DNA from: Spirochaetota bacterium
GTDB taxonomy: Bacteria; Spirochaetota; UBA4802; UBA5550
Direction of reading: 5' to 3'
NCBI GenBank assembly: GCA_041753395.1
Contig: JBGSUQ010000030.1
Span: 10,133 to 74,132, forward strand
DNA: 64,000 bases
Shown here: in pieces, positions 53,593 through 62,582 of the stretch
Position numbering within the stretch: the stretch's first letter is position 1
How the letters are laid out: every line of letters begins with the position of its first letter
Notes under the pieces: model-generated
What the model saw: only the letters and a program-made list of their open reading frames with translations
Told to the model about the DNA's origin: nothing
The model's database searches: none
Made by a program: the position numbers and the translations under genes

Positions 53593-54165
53593 TTAGCTGA
53601 ACAGAGGCTGCGTTCCCATTGCGAAGGCCATGTCGCCTTCAATCTTCATTGCGCCGGACATGAACAGGTTAACCGGGTTTGTCTCTTTCCTCATCAGGGC
53701 GCTGGTATCCTTGGCGCTCATCTTGAATACAGAGCTCGGATCGGACGCCCCGTTCAGTATGGCCTGGAGTTTCATGACGCTGCCGTCATCGTTTGTGATT
53801 TCGGCCACAAAGCTTCCCTTGAGGGAGTTAAGGGCGTTGTACTTGGCCTTGTTCAGATCGTTCTGGATTCCCAGGATCATATCGAGATTCTGGGTTTTGA
53901 TCATTTTCTCCATGTCGTCTTTGCTGACTTTCAGCCGGAGCTTCGGACTCGCGATGTCGCCTTTCTTGTATTCGACATTGGCGCCGTTCTTAAGGGTATA
54001 GCTGTGCTGGTCCCCCGAAACATCGACGACCATGGTGATCTCCGTTCCCGCGAGATCAGTTGCTGCATTCGAGTTGGCCAGCTGTTCTTTAGCAACGCTC
54101 GGCATTATCTCGGACAAGAGTTTTTCAACGCTGGTATCAGCAGAAATAGTTGGTATTGAAGCCAT
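53593..54165 (-). CDS. SCP2 (sterol carrier protein 2)-domain lipid-binding protein
   Basis: C-terminal NLFMSGAMKIEGDMAFAM is the SCP2 signature region. Confidence 0.75.
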   Translation of the reverse strand: MASIPTISADTSVEKLLSEIMPSVAKEQLANSNAATDLAGTEITMVVDVSGDQHSYTLKNGANVEYKKGDIASPKLRLKVSKDDMEKMIKTQNLDMILGIQNDLNKAKYNALNSLKGSFVAEITNDDGSVMKLQAILNGASDPSSVFKMSAKDTSALMRKETNPVNLFMSGAMKIEGDMAFAMGTQPLFS

Positions 54166-54201
54166 AGGGCATCCTCCTTAGGATTGTGTGAATAGTTGTT
54201 A

Positions 54202-54227
54202 GGTAAAACTGACATGTCAGTTTTACC
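54202..54227. promoter_or_regulatory. perfect 26-bp palindrome containing ACTGACATGTCAGT (predicted TetR operator O1)
   Basis: ggtaaaACTGACATGTCAGTtttacc, 37 nt upstream of the SCP2 ATG. It overlaps a second palindrome, ttttaccatatggtaaaa (54221-54238). Confidence 0.65.
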
Positions 54228-54316
54228 ATATGGTAAAATCCGTCAACAATTTTTTTTTATTACCGGCAAAAAACAATAAATTCCATTGACAAATTCAACC
54301 GGGTGTTTTATTTTAG

Positions 54317-54330
54317 ACTGACATGTCAGT
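54317..54330. promoter_or_regulatory. ACTGACATGTCAGT palindrome (predicted operator O2)
   Basis: Exact 14-mer in the SCP2/TetR divergent intergenic region, 144 nt upstream of the tetR ATG. Confidence 0.6.
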
Positions 54331-54473
54331 TTTATCAATACGGGAAATTATGTCAATACTATTTTTCCAGCGGCGGTGTAAAATCAGGCAAATTGAACGC
54401 AGTGTCAGGTATTCCATAGATGCCGGACGCACATCGGTCCATATCGGCCAATGCACGGAGAGTACTATACAAT

Positions 54474-55082
54474 ATGAAAGCCAATGAGCGTAAACAACTG
54501 ATACTTGAACGGGCGAAGCACCTGTTTTCACAAAAAGGATATTATAATACCCAGATTTCGGATATTGTCGACGACGCGAAAATTGCCCGGGGTACGGTAT
54601 ACCAGTATTTTAAAAACAAGGATGATATATTCATCACTCTGATACGAAATTACTACACAGACTGGGAAAAGTATATATCGCTGGAAATGCACAAGGTGGA
54701 GCTGAAGACCATCACCCCGGTGGACTACCTGGCCTTCAGGGTCAAGCACACGCTCCAGTTCCTCGCCAATGACGCCGACCTATGCAATATCGTCCTCAGG
54801 ATGGGAATCGGCCTGAGCGGTGAACTTGAAACGAGCATTAAGCGCTTTGAAAAAAAGATCAAGAATCTTATCGTGGGCGATCTGGAACTCGGCATACGCA
54901 ACAACAATGTGCGAAAGGATATCGACATCGAGATGACAGGGAACCTGATTACCGGGGCGCTTCTCCGGGTCGCTCTCAATTATTTCGGCAACAGGAAAAA
55001 CAAGCGTGACGCGGAAGAAATAGATAAAATGACCCGGGAAATCGTGGCCGTCTTTGCGCCGGCAATTTTTATAAAGAAATAA
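54474..55082 (+). CDS. TetR/AcrR-family transcriptional regulator
   Basis: MKANERKQLILERAKHLFSQKGYYNTQISDIVDDAKIARGTVYQYFKNKDDIF is a canonical TetR HTH. The ORF track start at 54420 is probably too early. Confidence 0.88.
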   Translation: MKANERKQLILERAKHLFSQKGYYNTQISDIVDDAKIARGTVYQYFKNKDDIFITLIRNYYTDWEKYISLEMHKVELKTITPVDYLAFRVKHTLQFLANDADLCNIVLRMGIGLSGELETSIKRFEKKIKNLIVGDLELGIRNNNVRKDIDIEMTGNLITGALLRVALNYFGNRKNKRDAEEIDKMTREIVAVFAPAIFIKK

Positions 55083-55221
55083 TCCTGGCCGCACCCATAA
55101 TAAACGCCCGAAGGGGGAGTCCGGCCGCCTATTGCGCCTGATGACCGAAAACATAAAAAGCGCCGTTTTATGACGCCCGTTAAAAAAATAGTTGACTGAC
55201 AGGGGCGCCGCCAGTACTTGA

Positions 55222-55235
55222 ACTGACATGTCAGT
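55222..55235. promoter_or_regulatory. ACTGACATGTCAGT palindrome (predicted operator O3)
   Basis: Exact 14-mer 34 nt upstream of the first ACAD ATG, with a TTGACT at 55192-55197 just upstream. Confidence 0.6.
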
Positions 55236-55268
55236 CTATTCTTACGATCCACATGCGAGGAGAAGATT

Positions 55269-56375
55269 ATGGAAGAAAAAGATTTCAGTTTTGGAATGTC
55301 CGAAGAACAGAGCACGATGAAAGAAACGATCGCGCGGCTGGTGAAAGGCGTCATCGCGGATAACGCGCACGACATGGACGAGAAGAAAGCAATCCCGGCG
55401 GAATTTATCCAGAAGGTCTGGGAGCTGGGCGCCACGATATCGCCCATACCCGAGGAGCTCGGGGGATATGGTATGGAATACTCGCCCATCATGAACGCGA
55501 TCATCCTGGAGGAACTCGCGGCAGGCGACATGGCCCTTGCCATTGCGGCGACCCTGCCCTCCTCGTTCCTGTACCCCATCATGGAAATGGGTACGGACGA
55601 GCAGAAGAAAAAGTATATCACACCCTACTGCGACGCGTCGTACAAGCCGTGCACGGTCGCGATCAACGAGCCGCGGTTCAAATTCGACGCGATGTCGCTG
55701 GAAACGAAGGCTGAAAAGAAAGGCGGCTCCTGTGTCATCAACGGAAAAAAATGCTTCGTCCCCATGGCGAAGGATTCAGCTCACGTGCTCGTTGCCGCAA
55801 GTCTTGACGGTAAGGGTGAACTCTTTATTGTATCGAAAGACAATCCCGGCGTCAAAATCGGCGAACGGGAAAAGAACCTGGGCCTGTATGCCCTGGAGAC
55901 GTACCCGGTATCCTTTGAAAATTGTGAGGTTCCGGAAGCAGACCGGCTGGGCGGTTCCCAGGGATGCGACTACGGTAAATTTCTGCAAAAATCCAGGATA
56001 GCCCTTTCCGCCATCGGCACCGGCGTCTCCCGGGCCTCCTTCGAATACGCCAGGGACTACTCCAAGGAGCGCGTGCAGTTCGGCGAGGCCATAGCATGCC
56101 GGCAGTCCATCGCCTTCATGATCGCGGAGATGTCCTACGAAGTCGACGGCATGAGGCTCCTGACCTGGAAGGCGGCATCGGCCATAGAGGCCGGGAAAGA
56201 CGCGAAGCGCGAGTCATTCCTTGCGAAAATCTTCGCCGGGGATGCGACCATGAAAATCACCGACTACGGCGTCCAGATCCTCGGCGGACACGGGTTCATT
56301 CGTGACCATCCGGTAGAGCGGTATTACCGCAACGGCCGGGGGATCGCTATCCTTGAAGGGATGGCAACGGTATAA
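55269..56375 (+). CDS. acyl-CoA dehydrogenase family protein (short C-terminus)
   Basis: 368 aa with the ACAD fold order. Ends ...YYRNGRGIAILEGMATV, 5 residues after the EG catalytic-base motif. Confidence 0.85.
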   Translation: MEEKDFSFGMSEEQSTMKETIARLVKGVIADNAHDMDEKKAIPAEFIQKVWELGATISPIPEELGGYGMEYSPIMNAIILEELAAGDMALAIAATLPSSFLYPIMEMGTDEQKKKYITPYCDASYKPCTVAINEPRFKFDAMSLETKAEKKGGSCVINGKKCFVPMAKDSAHVLVAASLDGKGELFIVSKDNPGVKIGEREKNLGLYALETYPVSFENCEVPEADRLGGSQGCDYGKFLQKSRIALSAIGTGVSRASFEYARDYSKERVQFGEAIACRQSIAFMIAEMSYEVDGMRLLTWKAASAIEAGKDAKRESFLAKIFAGDATMKITDYGVQILGGHGFIRDHPVERYYRNGRGIAILEGMATV

Positions 56376-56393
56376 CAAAAGGGAGGAACGACA

Positions 56394-57596
56394 ATGATAA
56401 ATCTTGAAGCAAACCAGAAAATGATAGAAGTGCGCAACAGCATCAACAACCTGGCCAAGGGGATGCTCCGGCCGATAGCGCGAAAATATGACGTAAACGA
56501 GCATGAATATCCAAAAGAGCTCGATATGTTCCGGTCCATCAAGATCATGGGCGGGGGCAAAAAGAAAAAGAAAGAGGGCGACGAGCCGAAAAAAGACGAC
56601 AAGCCGGCCACCAAAAAACTGGGCACCAACCTGTCGACCGTCATCAGCATCGAGGAAATGTGCTGGGGCGACGCGGGCCTGCTCCTGTCGCTTCCGAACG
56701 CGGGCCTCGGCAACGCGGCCATTGCCGCGGTCGCCACGGACGAGCAGATGGAGCGTTTCGGGAACAAGTGGGCCGCCATGGCCATTACCGAGCCCGGCTC
56801 CGGGTCGGATTCCGGGTCGATTACGGCGACGGCGAAGCTCGAAGGCGATGAGTGGGTCCTGAACGGGGAAAAAATCTTCGTGACCTGCGCGGACCGGTGC
56901 GACGTGGTGGTCGTATGGGCCACGGTCGACAAGAAGGCCGGCAAGTCGGGAATCAAGTCCTTCGTCGTTGAAAAGGACCGCCCCGGCTTCAAGCTGGAGA
57001 AGCTCGAGCACAAGCTCGGCATCCGCGCATCGGACACCGGCACCTTCGTCCTCACCGACTGCCGCATACCGCGGACCAATCTCCTGGGAAGCGCGGAAGT
57101 AAAGACCGCCACCGAGGGGTTCAAGGGCGTCATGAAGACTTTCGACAACACCAGGCCCATGGTCGCGTCCATGGCCCTCGGCATCACCCGGGCGTCCCTC
57201 GACTTCACCCGGGAAAAAATCGAGGAAAGCGGCATCAAGCTCGATTATGAAAAAAATTTGAACAATGTCAGCAGTCTCGAAAAGGAGTTTTACCTCATGG
57301 AGGCCAACCTCGAGGCGATGCGGCTTCTCACCTGGCGCGCCGCCTGGATGGCTGACAACGGCGAATTCAACAACCTGGAGGCCTCCATGTCAAAGGCGAA
57401 GTCCGGCCGGTGGGGGACCCTGATAACGCAGAAATGCTGCGACCTCCTGGGGCCCCTCGGCTACACCCAGGACAATCTCGCTGAAAAATGGATGCGCGAC
57501 AGCAAGATCATGGACATCTTCGAGGGCACGGGCCAGATCCAGCACCTGATCGTGGCGCGGAACGTCCTGGGATTTTCCAGCAAACAGCTCAAGTAA
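56394..57596 (+). CDS. acyl-CoA dehydrogenase
   Basis: 400 aa with ITEPGSGSD and ...IFEGTGQIQ. Lys-rich insert GGGKKKKKEGDEPKKDDKPATKK near the N-terminus. Confidence 0.88.
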   Translation: MINLEANQKMIEVRNSINNLAKGMLRPIARKYDVNEHEYPKELDMFRSIKIMGGGKKKKKEGDEPKKDDKPATKKLGTNLSTVISIEEMCWGDAGLLLSLPNAGLGNAAIAAVATDEQMERFGNKWAAMAITEPGSGSDSGSITATAKLEGDEWVLNGEKIFVTCADRCDVVVVWATVDKKAGKSGIKSFVVEKDRPGFKLEKLEHKLGIRASDTGTFVLTDCRIPRTNLLGSAEVKTATEGFKGVMKTFDNTRPMVASMALGITRASLDFTREKIEESGIKLDYEKNLNNVSSLEKEFYLMEANLEAMRLLTWRAAWMADNGEFNNLEASMSKAKSGRWGTLITQKCCDLLGPLGYTQDNLAEKWMRDSKIMDIFEGTGQIQHLIVARNVLGFSSKQLK

Positions 57597-57602
57597 CTTC
57601 CG

Positions 57603-57637
57603 CCCGCCCGGAGCCGCCGTCGGCGGCTCCGGGCGGG
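57603..57637 (+). other. intercistronic GC-rich stem-loop (16-bp perfect stem)
   Basis: cccgcccggagccgcc-gtc-ggcggctccgggcggg, 7 nt after the ACAD stop. No U-tract. Confidence 0.6.
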
Positions 57638-57673
57638 GGTTACTATACAATACCAAATACAAGGAGCAATAGA

Positions 57674-58837
57674 ATGAACATCAACGATGTAAAAAAAATC
57701 GCGGTCCTGGGGTCCGGTGCAATGGGGCACGGTATAGCCCAGGTCTGCATCCAGGCCGGATTTACCGTCGTAATGCGGGACATCAAGCAGGAGTTCCTGG
57801 ACAACGGCGTGGCAAAAATCAGGGAGAGTCTTGATTTCCTGGTGGGTAAAGGGAAAATGGCCGCTGCGGACAAAGACAAGGCCATGTCTCTGCTATCCAC
57901 TACTCTCGACACCAAGGAAGCTGTCAGGGACGTTCAGCTTGTTGTCGAAGCGGTCCCGGAAATCATGGACCTGAAAAAAACTGTTTTCAAGGAAGTTTCC
58001 GATGCGTGCCCGGCCGCTGCCATCCTGGCGACAAACACCTCGACCATGAGCATATCCGAAATCGGCAGCGTGGTGAAAAACCCCGAGCGCTTCGTGGGCC
58101 TGCACTTCTTCAACCCGGTCAACCGGATGAAGCTTGTTGAAGTCATCTATGGAGATAAAACCAGTGATTCGACAGCGGATCTCATGTGCGAAATAGCTAA
58201 AAAATTCGAAAAGATCCCGATAAAGGTCCTGAAAGACCGGCCCGGATTCATCGCCAACCGGATCAGCGCCCCGAACCAGGCCCTCCTCTCGGCTATACTC
58301 GACGAAGGCAAAACCAAGCCCCAGGAACTGGACGCCGTGATGAAAAAAATGGGCGCAAAGATGGCCCCCTTCGAAACCGCCGATTTCGTCGGCCTTGACG
58401 TTTTCTGCCACACCCTGGACTATTATGCCAAGACCCTCTCCCCGCAGTATAAGCCGGGTAAGTACCTGACCGACAAGATAGCAAAAAAAGAGCTTGGCAT
58501 GAAGAGTGGAAAGGGTATATATGAGTGGAAAGACGGGAAAGCGGTGATCGATATATCAAAAACATCGGAAGACCTGACCCCCATACACCTGCTGGCCGTG
58601 CAGATAAACGAGGCGGTCAAGGTATGGAAGGAAGGACTGGCGAAATCGATCCAGGACATCGATGACGCTGTTAAATACGGCATGAACGCTTTCGCCGGCC
58701 CCTTTGCCCTGGCGGCAGGCATGCAGCCGCAGCAGCTCGCAGATGCCCTGAACATGATCAGCCAGAGGTTCAAACTCGATATTCTGAAGCCTGAACCGGA
58801 AATTGTTGACGGATCATTTAAGACCATAGGAAGATAA
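57674..58837 (+). CDS. 3-hydroxyacyl-CoA dehydrogenase
   Basis: AAGGAG RBS. KKIAVLGSGAMGHGIA Rossmann motif and a HADH C-terminal domain. The ORF-track extension to 57488 crosses the hairpin. Confidence 0.9.
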   Translation: MNINDVKKIAVLGSGAMGHGIAQVCIQAGFTVVMRDIKQEFLDNGVAKIRESLDFLVGKGKMAAADKDKAMSLLSTTLDTKEAVRDVQLVVEAVPEIMDLKKTVFKEVSDACPAAAILATNTSTMSISEIGSVVKNPERFVGLHFFNPVNRMKLVEVIYGDKTSDSTADLMCEIAKKFEKIPIKVLKDRPGFIANRISAPNQALLSAILDEGKTKPQELDAVMKKMGAKMAPFETADFVGLDVFCHTLDYYAKTLSPQYKPGKYLTDKIAKKELGMKSGKGIYEWKDGKAVIDISKTSEDLTPIHLLAVQINEAVKVWKEGLAKSIQDIDDAVKYGMNAFAGPFALAAGMQPQQLADALNMISQRFKLDILKPEPEIVDGSFKTIGR

Positions 58838-58902
58838 ACCGTTTCCGGCCGCGTCGCCGGAACGGTATGCGCGGCCGGAGCATACACCCAAGGAGGCACA
58901 CA

Positions 58903-59673
58903 ATGTCAGACGCAGTTTTACTTGAACAGAGAGATAAAGTCGCACTATTAACTATAAATAAACCCAAAGCGAACCAGTTGAGCCATGAGGTATTCGAAAC
59001 GATCCGCAAATACCTGGATCCCATTGAAATGGATAAAAACACCCTGGCAGTTGTCATCACCGGGTCCGGTGACAAGATCTTCAGCGCCGGCGCCGACCTT
59101 TCCAGCGGGTTCGGCGACTTCAACGCCGTTGATTTTCTGAAGCGAGGCCAGGATGTATGGAACAAAGTGGAATTCTTTCCCAAACCGATCATCGCGGCAA
59201 TGAACGGCCACGCCCTGGGCGGAGGATTTGAACTCGCCCTAGCCTGCCACTTCCGCTTTTTGAAGAAGGGCGCCCGCGTCGGCCTTACCGAAACCAACCT
59301 GGGCATCATGCCGGGCTACGGAGGGTCACTCAGGCTGCCGCGCATGGTCGGCAGATCAAAAGCGCTGGAAATGATGTTTCTGGGAAAGCAGGTCGAGGCT
59401 GAAGAGGCACTGGCCCTCGGGATTGTCGATCGCCTATGCGAGGAAGGAAAGACCCTCGACGACGCCATCGCTTTTGCCAACGAGCTGGCGAAGCGTCCGC
59501 CGCTGTCAATCAGGTCCATATTGAAAGTCGTGGCCATGAGCCCATACGTTTCCCCGGAACTGCACCTTAAGGTCGAGCGGGAGGAGCTGGCGAAGCTCTT
59601 TACCACCAAGGACATGATGGAAGGCATGACCGCTTTTGCGCAGAAACGTGAACCGCAATTTAAAGGAGAATAA
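58903..59673 (+). CDS. enoyl-CoA hydratase/isomerase (crotonase)
   Basis: AAGGAGG RBS. FSAGADL oxyanion-hole motif and AAMNGHALGGGFELALAC. Confidence 0.9.
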   Translation: MSDAVLLEQRDKVALLTINKPKANQLSHEVFETIRKYLDPIEMDKNTLAVVITGSGDKIFSAGADLSSGFGDFNAVDFLKRGQDVWNKVEFFPKPIIAAMNGHALGGGFELALACHFRFLKKGARVGLTETNLGIMPGYGGSLRLPRMVGRSKALEMMFLGKQVEAEEALALGIVDRLCEEGKTLDDAIAFANELAKRPPLSIRSILKVVAMSPYVSPELHLKVEREELAKLFTTKDMMEGMTAFAQKREPQFKGE

Positions 59674-59719
59674 CGGAGGAATAAGGCCGTCCCCCGTTCA
59701 ACGCGGGACGGCCGAACCC

Positions 59720-61792
59720 ATGAACAGAATACTATACTCAATCCTGGCGCTGACAGTGATGCTGGCGGCGCCGCTCCATGCTGACACCCTCACCCTGGGG
59801 ACGGGCGACACCTATCAGGTGCCTATCGAAATCGTGCGCGATGAAAAAGGCTCTCTCACCTTCGATGATGTGAAGGGTTCCGCGCAGTTTGTCAAAACGG
59901 CAGAAAACGCCTTCGGCTTTATCACTGACGCTATCTGGGCGCGCTTTACCGTCACGATTCCCGAGGGAAATGAAACCGAATGGTACCTTGAAATCGGGTA
60001 TCCTCTGCTGAACAGGATTGACATATACCTTCCTGACGAGAATAAAAATTATACAACCAGACAAATCGGGAACAGGCTTCCCTTCGATAAGCGGGACATA
60101 GACCATCATAATTTTCTCATCCGGCTGAACACCGATCCGGGAACTTACACCTATTATCTCCGCTTCCAGTCGGAAAGCTCCATGAACATTCCCATGACCA
60201 TACACTCCTTCAAGAACGTCATATCCGAACTCAACATACAGAAAACGGTGTTCGGGCTCTTCTACGGCGCCCTGCTGATTATACTGATTTACAACCTGCT
60301 CCTTGCCATATCCATGAAGGACCTCACCTATCTGTCCTACGCGTTCTTCATTGCCTCACTGCTTTTCGTCTCCCTGGAGCTTAACGGCTACGGGTTCCAG
60401 TACCTCTGGCCCAATACCGTGTGGATGAACGACATGGTGCCGTTCTTCCTGTTTGCGGCGAACCTGACCCTGACCATTTTTTCAATGATGTACATTCAAT
60501 ATAAACTGCTCCCGAAATACTTCAGGATTATATTGTTCATCTATCTCGGGATCATCAGCATATTTCTGCTGTTATCGCTTTTCATGCCCTACCACCTGAG
60601 CATCATGTTCGGCGCCGGCGCCTATCTGCCCGGCATCACCCTCGTGATGATACTTTCGGTCATGCTGATGTTGAAAAAAAAACGCGAGGCGAGCTGGTAC
60701 ACCATTGCCTGGTCCTTCCTCTTCGCCGGGGTCATCGCCACCGTGGGTAACCGGTTCGGCCTGCTGCCCAATAACGTCGTCACGCTGTGGGGGTTCCAGA
60801 TAGGAACCGCCTTCTCCATCGCGCTCTTCTCGCTTGGTCTCGCAGACCGGGTCAACTCGCTGAAAAACAACCTCGAGGAGATGAACGTTAATCTGGAGAA
60901 AAAGGTCGACGAACGCACCAGTGAGCTCACCCAGGCCAAGACCGAGATCGAGGCCACCAATGAGGAGCTCGAGGCCATAAACGACCAGCTGGTCCAGACC
61001 AACCGCGAGCTCGAGGATTCCCAGATGATGTACCGGAAAGACATGAATATGGCGGCCCACCTCCAGTCATCGCTCCTTCCGAAAAAACCGCCGGTTTCCG
61101 GGCTGTACGACTTCGCACTGCTGTTCCTTCCCAAGTCGGGCGTGTCCGGCGATTTCTATGACTTCTACCTCGACCATGACAAAGTCGCCGGTGTTGGGAT
61201 CTTCGACGTTTCCGGACACGGCATAGGGCCGGGCCTCCTGACCCTCATGGCAAAATCGATCATCTCAGTAAGTTTCATGGAGCACCGGAAGGATAGCCTC
61301 ACGACCGTCGTGGAAAATATAAACAAGAAGCTCATATCCGAGATAAAGGACGTGGACAACTACCTTACCGGCGTCATGCTCCGATTCGAGGATGACCGTA
61401 TCGAGTACATCAACTGCGCGCACCCGGACGTTATCTGCAAGAAAGTTGAAATCGACAGGACCGGCAAGGTCCTCGACAAAAGCGGGAAGCGCGTCAGCGG
61501 GCCGATCCTCGGCATTGATGCGCAGGGGCACGCGGGTCCTGTAGGCTTCGAGGAGATATCCTTCAAGCTGAAACAGGGTGACTGTCTTCTCCTCTACACC
61601 GATTCGATGCTTGAATCAACAAACTCCTCGGGTAAGTCCTATGGCGATACCATGATCATGAAATCGCTGCAGAACGCGAAGGGTGATTCGGCCCAGGATT
61701 TATTGAACAGCGTCATAGGTGATTTTTTCAATTACATCGCCCCCCGTGAAATCATCGATGACCTCACCGTCATTCTCATCAGAAAAAAATAA
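59720..61792 (+). CDS. 7TMR-DISM receptor fused to PP2C (SpoIIE-type) phosphatase
   Basis: Signal peptide, extracellular DISMED2-like domain, 7 TM helices, coiled coil, and a C-terminal PP2C region (GDFYDF...DVSGHG...LYTDS). Confidence 0.85.
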   Translation: MNRILYSILALTVMLAAPLHADTLTLGTGDTYQVPIEIVRDEKGSLTFDDVKGSAQFVKTAENAFGFITDAIWARFTVTIPEGNETEWYLEIGYPLLNRIDIYLPDENKNYTTRQIGNRLPFDKRDIDHHNFLIRLNTDPGTYTYYLRFQSESSMNIPMTIHSFKNVISELNIQKTVFGLFYGALLIILIYNLLLAISMKDLTYLSYAFFIASLLFVSLELNGYGFQYLWPNTVWMNDMVPFFLFAANLTLTIFSMMYIQYKLLPKYFRIILFIYLGIISIFLLLSLFMPYHLSIMFGAGAYLPGITLVMILSVMLMLKKKREASWYTIAWSFLFAGVIATVGNRFGLLPNNVVTLWGFQIGTAFSIALFSLGLADRVNSLKNNLEEMNVNLEKKVDERTSELTQAKTEIEATNEELEAINDQLVQTNRELEDSQMMYRKDMNMAAHLQSSLLPKKPPVSGLYDFALLFLPKSGVSGDFYDFYLDHDKVAGVGIFDVSGHGIGPGLLTLMAKSIISVSFMEHRKDSLTTVVENINKKLISEIKDVDNYLTGVMLRFEDDRIEYINCAHPDVICKKVEIDRTGKVLDKSGKRVSGPILGIDAQGHAGPVGFEEISFKLKQGDCLLLYTDSMLESTNSSGKSYGDTMIMKSLQNAKGDSAQDLLNSVIGDFFNYIAPREIIDDLTVILIRKK

Positions 61793-61805
61793 AGGGGAGA
61801 AAACG

Positions 61806-62387
61806 CTACTTCCCTCGCATAGCCTCGATTGTGTTCCGCAGCTTCTTCAGGGCCGGGCCGTCCTCGCGCCACACGTAGCAGGTATTAAGGAGGGTCTTCA
61901 TGAAAAATTTGACCCTGTTCGGGTCTGACATGAATGACGCCATTTCCATCGGCTTCTGGGCCCTGCTTGAAAAAACACCCTGAAGCGTCGCCGGTCCCAT
62001 GGCGATCAAAAGGGTCAGCAGGTGCGTGCAGCTTTTAGTACCGCCCAGGAGCGATTTCATCCTGCTGGAAAAACCCCTGGTGATCTTCTCGCCCCTGATA
62101 GCGTCCAGGGTCCCCTGCACATCGGCGCACTCATCACGTGGAACCGCGACAAGCTCCACTTCGACATCCTCAATGATAAAGCCTGATATAGCAACCAGAA
62201 GGCGGACAATCATGTTGTGGATCTCGCCGGCAAGCCTCTTCTCTCCGGTCACCAGGTAGTAATCCTTAAGGCGCCGGTCGATGAGCCGTCCCTCCACGAT
62301 AACCCTGTCATCACCGGCGGGATAGGTAGCGATCGTGATAGTCCTTTCATGGGCCTTATCCGCGGCCATCTGCATGAACCTGCTCAT
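61806..62387 (-). CDS. DUF2889-like protein
   Basis: 193 aa. The central ...GGTKSCTHLL... resembles the DUF2889 GCTHL motif. Tentative. Confidence 0.55.
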   Translation of the reverse strand: MSRFMQMAADKAHERTITIATYPAGDDRVIVEGRLIDRRLKDYYLVTGEKRLAGEIHNMIVRLLVAISGFIIEDVEVELVAVPRDECADVQGTLDAIRGEKITRGFSSRMKSLLGGTKSCTHLLTLLIAMGPATLQGVFSSRAQKPMEMASFMSDPNRVKFFMKTLLNTCYVWREDGPALKKLRNTIEAMRGK

Positions 62388-62420
62388 TTAAATACTCCCT
62401 TATCAGAATAACCCCAATCC

Positions 62421-62582
62421 CTATAAGACCTCACCCCCGCTCTGCGCACCCTCTCTCATAAGACCTCACCCCGCCTCCGGCGCGCCCTCTCCTTAAAAAG
62501 GAGAGGGCTTCCGGAAAAATTACATTATTCATTTTTCCCCCTCTCCATTTGATGGAGAGGGGGACAGAGGGGGTGAGGTAAT
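62421..62582. repeat. GC-rich palindromic repeat units (same family as 36868-37160)
   Basis: Two TAAGACCTCACCCC units and the hairpins ccctctcc-ttaaaaa-ggagaggg (62475-62497) and ccccctctccat-ttg-atggagaggggg (62537-62563), ending GGGGTGAGGT. Confidence 0.75.
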
